Shown piece after piece: positions 1 through 7,102 of a stretch of DNA of 64,000 nt (position 1 is its first letter; the number at the start of each line of letters is the position of its first letter). Under the pieces are notes generated by a model. That model saw nothing but the letters and a program-made list of their open reading frames with translations. It was not told where the DNA came from and did no database searches. The stretch spans positions 20,707 to 84,706 of the forward strand of contig JAFZRZ010000064.1 in NCBI GenBank assembly GCA_017619635.1, in the 5' to 3' direction. The DNA is from Lachnospiraceae bacterium. GTDB taxonomy: Bacteria > Bacillota > Clostridia > Lachnospirales > Lachnospiraceae. Made by a program: the position numbers and the translations under genes.

Positions 1-1
1 T

Positions 2-361
2 TATGCCTATGATTCATCTACAGATGAGGTCGGACCTTTGAATGTGGCAGTAACATCAAGCAGGACCACTGAAAGCGGAGAGCAGGCTTATGCATATGTT
101 GTGGGTTCTCCTTACATGTTCAGTGATCAGGCTGACCAGCTCACATCAAATGCCAACCTGAAGATATTCACAAATATCGTAAATGAATGTGTCAGCGATG
201 ATGCTTCGACTGTGATAGTTCCCGCTAAATCTGTTAATGCGGAAAGATTTATAATCAAGAGTTCTGCGGGACTCATCATATTCATCATTCTGCTCGTGGT
301 CGTTCCTGTTGCATTACTTGTAGCCGGATTCGTGATCTGGGCAAAGAGAAGGAAAAGATAA
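2..361 (+). CDS. GldG-like ABC-transporter accessory protein, C-terminal fragment (5' end outside window)
   Basis: The frame is open from nt 2; the track ORF 38..361 only starts at the first in-window Met. It ends with the hydrophobic anchor LIIFIILLVVVPVALLVAGFVIW followed by AKRRKR, the usual C-terminus of GldG/ABC-type uncharacterised transport proteins. The stop overlaps the next start (TAATG). Confidence 0.55.
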   Translation, partial: YAYDSSTDEVGPLNVAVTSSRTTESGEQAYAYVVGSPYMFSDQADQLTSNANLKIFTNIVNECVSDDASTVIVPAKSVNAERFIIKSSAGLIIFIILLVVVPVALLVAGFVIWAKRRKR

Positions 362-900
362 TGAAAAAGCAGAAAAAACAGTTGATCATTTTGCTCATAG
401 TGCTGATCCTCGGTATTGTCGGATATGTGATCGCGATATATAAGGTAGACAATGTCGAGGTTTTGGATGAGGTGGGTATCACATCAGTGATAAAAACTGA
501 CACCGCATCGGTAAGAAATGTTTCATATATCCATGACGGTGTTACGATAAGCCTGTCAAAGGATGATGCAGGAAACTGGACACTTGATTCAGACAAGAGC
601 ATCAAGCTTGATGCTGACAAGGTTGAGGATATCGTAAGTTATGCATCAAACCTAAATGCCAGAACAGAGATAGAAGAACCTTCTGATCTTTCAGAGTACG
701 GACTTGATTCTCCGTCATATATCGTAAGCTTCACTGACGCAGCCGGTGTGCAGAGCACATATTTCATCGGTGATCGTTATGAGATCGAAGGCACATATTT
801 TGCAAAGGTCGAGGGAAGTGATAAGGTATATACAATAACCAATTATTATCCCGATTCTTTTATTACGGATATAGAACAACTTAAAGCACAAAGCGAGTAA
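361..900 (+). CDS. DUF4340-like protein (usual partner of GldG-type genes)
   Basis: 179 aa with an N-terminal anchor KKQLIILLIVLILGIVGYVIAI and a beta-rich body (YIVSFTDAAGVQSTYFIGDRYEIEGTYFAKVEGSDKVYTI) resembling DUF4340. Translationally coupled to the upstream GldG-like ORF. Confidence 0.55.
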   Translation: MKKQKKQLIILLIVLILGIVGYVIAIYKVDNVEVLDEVGITSVIKTDTASVRNVSYIHDGVTISLSKDDAGNWTLDSDKSIKLDADKVEDIVSYASNLNARTEIEEPSDLSEYGLDSPSYIVSFTDAAGVQSTYFIGDRYEIEGTYFAKVEGSDKVYTITNYYPDSFITDIEQLKAQSE

Positions 901-905
901 GATGT

Positions 906-2060
906 ATGGCAAATATGGAAGTCGGCGGCCGTGTTTTCAGGGATATTGAATCATACAAGGCTGCAAGGAGAGACTTTGACAGTATCGAAGATATCAAGGA
1001 AAGACATGATCTTACCAGGATAGAAGATGTCGAAAGAATCCGTGACAACATAATCAATGGCAACTATCGGTTCGAGACGATGCTCGGAGACGATTTCTTG
1101 GACGAACTCGATGAGCTGCTTGAAACACTGAAAAAAGATAAAGCTCTTTCTCAAAATGAGAGGAAGGGCTTTAAGCTGTTTAATAAAGAAGAGAAGACAA
1201 AAGATGTAAAAGAGCAGATAAGAGAAAAGAAAAACATTAGCCATGATGAAGAGCTGGAAGCTGAGATAAAGCGGCAGATAAAGATCAAAGAACGTAAACG
1301 AAAGATCATGGTAGCACTGCTTTCTGTTGTTGCTCTTGCATGTATAGGATATCTGATCTTCTATTATACGATGTATGCCAAGAATGATGCGGAGTACAGT
1401 GATCTGTCAGAATTGATAGATGATACGGTCACATCAAAAGAATACAGTGTGAACATTGTTCATGAGGATAAGACTATTCCGCCTGTTCTTAAGAAATATG
1501 AGAAGCTGTATCAGAAGAATAAAAAGCTGGTAGGGTGGCTTAAGATAGAGGGTACAAATATTGATTATCCGGTAATGCAGACTGTGAATAATGAATATTA
1601 TCTGGATCATAATTACAACCAGGAGTATGACAAGAACGGATCGATATTCATGGATAAGGACTGCGATGCCGCTCATCCCAATGACAACATGATCATATAC
1701 GGCCATCATATGAAGTCGGGTAAGATGTTTGGCAATCTGAATCTGTATTCGAAGGAAGAGTACTATAAGGAACATCCCTCCATCATGTTTGATACCATAT
1801 ATGAAGAAGGGACCTACGATATCATGTATGTCTTCCGATCGCGTATATACAGCGAAGAAGAGATCGTATTCAAGTATTATAAGTTCATTGATGCTACCAG
1901 TGAGGATGAGTTCAATTCGAATATGGATGAGATGGCTGCTATATCTCTTTATGATACGGGAGTGACAGCACATTACGGGGATAAGCTGATAACACTTTCT
2001 ACCTGTGATTACAATGAGGCAAACGGCAGATTTGTTGTAGTCGCAAAGAAGGTAAAATAG
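906..2060 (+). CDS. srtB: Class B sortase with ~130-aa charged N-terminal extension
   Basis: The C-terminal ~190 aa carry sortase B hallmarks: GWLKIEGTNIDYPVMQ, IIYGHHM (catalytic His region), LITLSTCDY (TLxTC catalytic Cys) and RFVVVAKK (Arg). One TM helix (MVALLSVVALACIGYLIFYY) is preceded by an acidic/basic cytoplasmic segment. A hairpin terminator follows. Confidence 0.85.
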   Translation: MANMEVGGRVFRDIESYKAARRDFDSIEDIKERHDLTRIEDVERIRDNIINGNYRFETMLGDDFLDELDELLETLKKDKALSQNERKGFKLFNKEEKTKDVKEQIREKKNISHDEELEAEIKRQIKIKERKRKIMVALLSVVALACIGYLIFYYTMYAKNDAEYSDLSELIDDTVTSKEYSVNIVHEDKTIPPVLKKYEKLYQKNKKLVGWLKIEGTNIDYPVMQTVNNEYYLDHNYNQEYDKNGSIFMDKDCDAAHPNDNMIIYGHHMKSGKMFGNLNLYSKEEYYKEHPSIMFDTIYEEGTYDIMYVFRSRIYSEEEIVFKYYKFIDATSEDEFNSNMDEMAAISLYDTGVTAHYGDKLITLSTCDYNEANGRFVVVAKKVK

Positions 2061-2076
2061 AATACATTACAGGTTT

Positions 2077-2110
2077 AAGAGACTGAATTGATCGGTCTCT
2101 TTTTCTTTTT
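2077..2110 (+). terminator. Rho-independent terminator after the sortase gene
   Basis: AAGAGAC (2077-2083) pairs with GTCTCTT (2095-2101), followed by TTTCTTTTT. Confidence 0.7.
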
Positions 2111-2286
2111 GGAAAAAACTTTTTAAAACACATACAATATGTGGGAAAACGCTTGCAAAAAGCGCTATATATAGTAAAATAAAAATGGTATGTTATGAAA
2201 ATAGGGATATTATGTAAATTTTTGTACGCAATATTCCGATAAATCTATCAGAGTATGTAAATATTTCTATTGTGGAGAATATATTT

Positions 2287-5200
2287 ATGAAAAAGACTAA
2301 AAGCAGTTCTACAAAAAGAAGGATGAAAAAGTCTGTCAGAAAGACTGTCGGCGGATTGTTCATGGCATCTGCGATAATAGTTGCAGCCATACCGTTCCCC
2401 GATTCATACGCATATGATACTGCGACTGCAGATATACCGGCCTATGTTCAGCCGACAACATATAATACGAACTTTAATGACAGCAGACATAGTTTTGCTT
2501 CAAACGAGGATTTCTCAAGTTATACGAGCAAATCTGCTTACAATGTTATGCAGACTTCTGCAGGCACATGGCTGCTTGACAGACAGTTTGATTATGCAGA
2601 GACCACAAACGGTGGATATATCACTGACTATAATGACCTTTATCCTACAGATAATATTTCTCTTAGCAATGAGGTCTACTATGATTATGCATATCTTACT
2701 CAGGCGGATGTCGAAAAGTTCTATAATGAATCAACAAACCGATATATTGATGTTGAACTTCATTATGGAGAATCTTCGTCTGAAAACAAGACTGTTGAAA
2801 GCTTAAGATATAATTACGTTCTTGACGGTGCATATAACGATACAGATGTGATCCATCTTTGGCTGAATGAGCATTTCCCGAATGAGGTTGCAAAATACAG
2901 AACTGAATACACGGATTATATTACATATTTGGGTACTCCTGAAGAGATAAATCATCATAAACCGGATGCTATCATTAAAACAAATGCTGATTATTATAAA
3001 ACTGATGCAGAAAGAATAGTATTTCTTTGCGGAGAAGTATTTGGTGATGGTACACCGGCTGTAAGTCTTGTTTCTGCTGTTAATCAGGAGTTACAGAGGA
3101 CAGGCGTTGATGGAAAAGTATTTCTTCCAAATGTTGGCAGTTCATTCGGAAGTCATTCGGTTTCTATCGACGGACACACCTATTGGGTGGATAACGATGG
3201 TTTCCTTTGTGAATCACAGGATCAGATCATAGGTATAGGCGCGGGTGCTTTTGCTGATGTAAAGAATGTAAATACTCTTGATATGGCGCCTGAGATCACG
3301 TTTATTGGTGATGGAGCTTTTGAGAGAAGTTTCATAACAGCTGCGACTCTGCCGAACGGAGCACTTGTCGGAAACCGTGCATTTGCGGACTGTACTAGAC
3401 TGACAAATGCCGATATCAGTGGTGTCGTAAAGGTATTTGATGAGACTTTCAAGGGAAGTGCTATCAATGAGGTTACGATTCCTGAAGCATGCTCATATAT
3501 TGGAGTAGGCGCATTTGCAGATTGTGAGAACCTTAAGACCGTTAATTTTGATCCTACGGGAGCGGTAGGCCAGACTGCAAAAGAGATATGTGATTTTGCG
3601 TTTTATAATGATACCTCACTTGAAAACCTTAACTTCAACAATGCAAAGATAACCAGCATTGGAAAGGCTGCTTTTGCCATTCCTTCAGGTTCAAGTGACA
3701 ATCTTAAGGATCTTTTGTTGCCTTCAACCATAACAACAACAGGCACAAAAGAAAATATCGGAGAATATGCCTTTGCGGGAAGAGACAGCCTTGAGTATGT
3801 TACATTCCCAAGTGGTATCAACGGTGAGATAGATGATACCATCCTTTACAACTGCAGAAATCTGGAGAGTGTTACATTTAATGACAACTGTGTAAATGCC
3901 TCATATGACAGTACGGCTAACAAGAACGATCCTAATACGATGTTCTATACTGTCACAAATCCCAACTTCTATGTAAGAGGTCCCAAACAGATCTCTGCAT
4001 TCGAGGCTGCTAATCCCAGAAAATCAACCTGGAGAGCTCTGTATGATTACGCGGCAACAGGAAATGTTGGAAGACATGTACCTTACGTGTATAACGAGAA
4101 CGGTAAGGATTACTATGAGGTATCAGACGGTAATTATCTGATGGTAATCGAGAAGGACACAGGTGAGCTTATCAGCTGTTCGTTCCCTGATACACCCACA
4201 GATATTAATGAGTTTAGAATTCCGGCGGTAGTTGGTCTTACAACAGTCACAGGAATAAAAGAAGGCTGCTTTGTTGGTGATTCCACCAATACCGGTGTAC
4301 TTGATTATATAATCAATCTGATCATAGAAGACGGAAGCAATATCGATCATCTTGATGACAATACCTTCGCGGGTGCCGACAAGATGGAGACCGCTTATCT
4401 TGGAGACAGTGTTTCAACGATCGGAAACGGTGCGTTTGAAAACTGCCCGAGACTTTCTGAAGTAACTTTCTCACCTACGATCACATCAATAGGTGACGAG
4501 GCTTTCCAGAACTGTCCTAAGCTTGAGAACATAACATTTGAATCACCTTCTGATCTGTCTGCATTCCCTGATGGAAATATCGGCGTGGATGCATTCAATA
4601 CAGGTGGAACAAAACTTACGATCCATGGTGAGATCGGAAACGGTTATGCACCTTTTGAGTGGGCGACAAATACCGAGAACTATGCAAATAAATCACAGAG
4701 TATAAGAACTCTGTATAAGACACCGGCTCCCACGAGCCTGTCTGTTATCCTTGATAATCAGAACGATTTGGCAACACTTGTTGATTATCCTCATTATGAG
4801 TATCTCGACAGGGTTGCTTATGATGCAAACAAAGGAAGACTCGTTGAACTTGATGTTGCGCCTTCTGCGGGTGATCCGTATTACGGTCAGACCATCAAGG
4901 ACAAACTGGATAACGGTGATTCACTCAATTACTGGGAAGAGACCATGGTTCAGAACTGCTCGAACCTTGTTATCCCGGAAGGTATAGAATCAATTGACGT
5001 AAAGGGATTCTTTAACGATACGAGTGATAATCCGAATAAGGTGGCAAGTTATTCTAATAAAGCAAGTGCCACAGCATACTTTAATAAGGGAATGACGCCT
5101 TATAACACATATTCAACAGAAGGACTCTTCAGAGGATACTTTGGAAATGAGACTGGAACAGAAGGCCCTCGTGAATATGACCCCACAAGTTCACTTGAGA

Positions 5201-7089
5201 ATGTTGACAGAGGAAATGACCGTCTTACATCTGTTACGATGTATGACGTTGTATATCTTCCTGACAATGCTTTTGAAAGCTGTGAAAACCTTCAGACGGC
5301 ATATCTTGGTGATGATATAGAAGATGTCGGAGTAAGACCCTTTGCGGGATGTACAAAGATATCAAGCGTAGCCTGCGGAAATGATAACTTCGTATGCAAT
5401 AACGGTGTTCTTTATGAGAACACGCCAAGTGGAAAGAAGATAATAGAAGGACTTGAAACAAGAGGAAGCATAGTTGGAAGCGGTACTGTAAATGTAAGTA
5501 ACGATCCTGATCTTGCAAATGTTACGGATATAGCAGAAGGTGCATTTACTGACTGTACGTATTTAAGAGCTGCAGACTTCACAGGTGTTGATGGAATAGA
5601 TGAGATACCTGAGGACTGCTTCAGCGGATGTTACAACCTCACAGAGGTTGATGTTCCGAGCAATGTCACAGAGATAGGCGAGGAAGCATTCGCAACGGGC
5701 GGTGATTATCTCAAGGCTACAGTAAGAAATAAGAATCTTTATCTTGGAGATGACTCTAACGGACCTACCGGAGATAAAGTCAAGACCGCATACTATGTGA
5801 CCTATGAGGATGCTCCTTCAAGAAAGATAGCAAAGAAGCAGGGCTACATTATTGATCAGACACTTGATGATGTATGGACTGTCAAGTTCTATGATCAGAC
5901 AGGTACTGACCTTCTTTATACAGAACATGTTCAGAACGGAAAGAATGCCGAGGGCCCCGATGAGTCTTTGATCCCTGTTATCCCCGGATATACATTCACA
6001 GGATGGAATCAGAGCCTTAAGAATATAACATCTGATGGCTTCAGGCTTGCGGTTTATACAGCTGAAGGTTCGCTTACTCCCGGAGTGGCAACACCTACAC
6101 CCACAAATGCACCGGGAGGAACAACGCCCGGAACAACACCCGGAGGAACAACGCCCGGAACAACACCCGGAAGTACGACTCCTACACCCAAGACCTCACC
6201 CACACCTACAGCCAAGCAGTATAATCTTCAGGTTGTATATGGTTCAGGCTCAGGTTCATATGCGGCAGATACAACGGTTATAATCGAAGCTATCGATGCA
6301 CCGGCTGGAAAGGTGTTTGATAAGTGGGTAACAAGCGGTAACTCTACACCTACGATCTACAGTACAACTTCAAAAGCTACAACGCTTAAGATGCCGGCAG
6401 GAGACTGTATCGTAACCGCTACATATAAGGACAGTACGAGTTCATCCAGAACAAGTACAAGTGTTTCTACAAGAAACGGTACTCCGGGAACTGGTACCGT
6501 ACCTAACAGAAATACAGGTACAGTTGTTGATATATCTAAACCCGGAATATCAAATGTTGATAAGGCTTATGCTTCAGTTAGCGGTTCAACGGATAACTTT
6601 ATAGTTAAGATCACAGAGAGTAATGAAGCAGCCAATGCTGTTGCTACAGCCCTTTCACAGAAATACGGAGATATGACACCGATCAAGTATTTTGCGATGG
6701 ATATATCTTTGTATGATGCAACGGGTACAAATAAGATAACCAATGTCAACGGACTTTCGGTTAACATCACAATGCCTATACCGGATGCGCTTAAGCAGTA
6801 TGCCGGAAATAACAGAGTCGGTGCTGTAAACGGCATGACTCTTGAAGAACTGCCTTGCAAATTTGTAACGGTTGACGGAATACCGTGTGTTTCATTTACC
6901 GCAACACACTTCTCACCGTATACGATATATGTTGATACGAGCAATCTTACATACGGAACCATTGATTCAACACCCAAGACAGGTGACGGAATACATCCCA
7001 AGTGGTTCGTATCGATAGCATTGTTCTCAATGTCACTGATACTTTTCTTAAAGAAGGACAAGGTTGTAAAGGTACCAAAGACCGCCTGA
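2287..7089 (+). CDS. Giant cell-surface protein with BspA-type leucine-rich repeats, InlB-B-repeat-like segments, PT linker and C-terminal TPKTGD sorting signal
   Basis: ATG 2287 sits 7 nt after GGAG; the track start 2272 is a GTG inside the RBS. Signal peptide MKKTKSSSTKRRMKKSVRKTVGGLFMASAIIVAAIP. There are dozens of ~22-25-aa units of the IGxxAFxxCxxLxxVxhP type (LRR_5-like). Also present: WTVKFYDQTG...GYTFTGWN (Listeria-Bacteroides repeat-like), a PGTTPGGTTPGTTP linker, and a C-terminal motif plus TM helix plus KKDK tail. Confidence 0.85.
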   Translation: MKKTKSSSTKRRMKKSVRKTVGGLFMASAIIVAAIPFPDSYAYDTATADIPAYVQPTTYNTNFNDSRHSFASNEDFSSYTSKSAYNVMQTSAGTWLLDRQFDYAETTNGGYITDYNDLYPTDNISLSNEVYYDYAYLTQADVEKFYNESTNRYIDVELHYGESSSENKTVESLRYNYVLDGAYNDTDVIHLWLNEHFPNEVAKYRTEYTDYITYLGTPEEINHHKPDAIIKTNADYYKTDAERIVFLCGEVFGDGTPAVSLVSAVNQELQRTGVDGKVFLPNVGSSFGSHSVSIDGHTYWVDNDGFLCESQDQIIGIGAGAFADVKNVNTLDMAPEITFIGDGAFERSFITAATLPNGALVGNRAFADCTRLTNADISGVVKVFDETFKGSAINEVTIPEACSYIGVGAFADCENLKTVNFDPTGAVGQTAKEICDFAFYNDTSLENLNFNNAKITSIGKAAFAIPSGSSDNLKDLLLPSTITTTGTKENIGEYAFAGRDSLEYVTFPSGINGEIDDTILYNCRNLESVTFNDNCVNASYDSTANKNDPNTMFYTVTNPNFYVRGPKQISAFEAANPRKSTWRALYDYAATGNVGRHVPYVYNENGKDYYEVSDGNYLMVIEKDTGELISCSFPDTPTDINEFRIPAVVGLTTVTGIKEGCFVGDSTNTGVLDYIINLIIEDGSNIDHLDDNTFAGADKMETAYLGDSVSTIGNGAFENCPRLSEVTFSPTITSIGDEAFQNCPKLENITFESPSDLSAFPDGNIGVDAFNTGGTKLTIHGEIGNGYAPFEWATNTENYANKSQSIRTLYKTPAPTSLSVILDNQNDLATLVDYPHYEYLDRVAYDANKGRLVELDVAPSAGDPYYGQTIKDKLDNGDSLNYWEETMVQNCSNLVIPEGIESIDVKGFFNDTSDNPNKVASYSNKASATAYFNKGMTPYNTYSTEGLFRGYFGNETGTEGPREYDPTSSLENVDRGNDRLTSVTMYDVVYLPDNAFESCENLQTAYLGDDIEDVGVRPFAGCTKISSVACGNDNFVCNNGVLYENTPSGKKIIEGLETRGSIVGSGTVNVSNDPDLANVTDIAEGAFTDCTYLRAADFTGVDGIDEIPEDCFSGCYNLTEVDVPSNVTEIGEEAFATGGDYLKATVRNKNLYLGDDSNGPTGDKVKTAYYVTYEDAPSRKIAKKQGYIIDQTLDDVWTVKFYDQTGTDLLYTEHVQNGKNAEGPDESLIPVIPGYTFTGWNQSLKNITSDGFRLAVYTAEGSLTPGVATPTPTNAPGGTTPGTTPGGTTPGTTPGSTTPTPKTSPTPTAKQYNLQVVYGSGSGSYAADTTVIIEAIDAPAGKVFDKWVTSGNSTPTIYSTTSKATTLKMPAGDCIVTATYKDSTSSSRTSTSVSTRNGTPGTGTVPNRNTGTVVDISKPGISNVDKAYASVSGSTDNFIVKITESNEAANAVATALSQKYGDMTPIKYFAMDISLYDATGTNKITNVNGLSVNITMPIPDALKQYAGNNRVGAVNGMTLEELPCKFVTVDGIPCVSFTATHFSPYTIYVDTSNLTYGTIDSTPKTGDGIHPKWFVSIALFSMSLILFLKKDKVVKVPKTA
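6115..6168 (+). repeat. Perfect tandem duplication of a 27-nt unit (GGTTPGTTP x2) in the Pro/Thr linker
   Basis: ggaggaacaacgcccggaacaacaccc occurs at 6115-6141 and again, identically, at 6142-6168, in frame. Confidence 0.9.
6970..7086 (+). other. Cell-wall sorting signal: TPKTG-D + hydrophobic helix + KKDK tail
   Basis: The codons aca ccc aag aca ggt (6970-6984) encode TPKTG. They are followed by DGIHPK, WFVSIALFSMSLILFL and KKDKVVKVPKTA. Confidence 0.75.
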
Positions 7090-7102
7090 CAGGTAACTGC
7101 GT

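Noticed and set aside
2193-2220. A 12-nt exact match (ATATTATGTAAA) to the XerD-arm side of the Bacillus-type dif site, upstream of the LRR gene.
   Set aside because: The required left (XerC) arm and central region do not match (about 3/11 in the left arm). The 28-bp dif architecture is therefore absent. The sequence is better explained as one copy of the local TATGTAAAT repeat.
2272-2286. Upstream-extended start codons from the ORF track: 2272, 15789, 20601, 23175, 35661, 36520 and 45668.
   Set aside because: In each case an internal ATG is preceded by a clear GGAG/AGGAGG-type RBS at 5-9 nt. The extension would also overlap the previous gene, lie within the RBS itself, or add an implausible leader to a conserved N-terminus.
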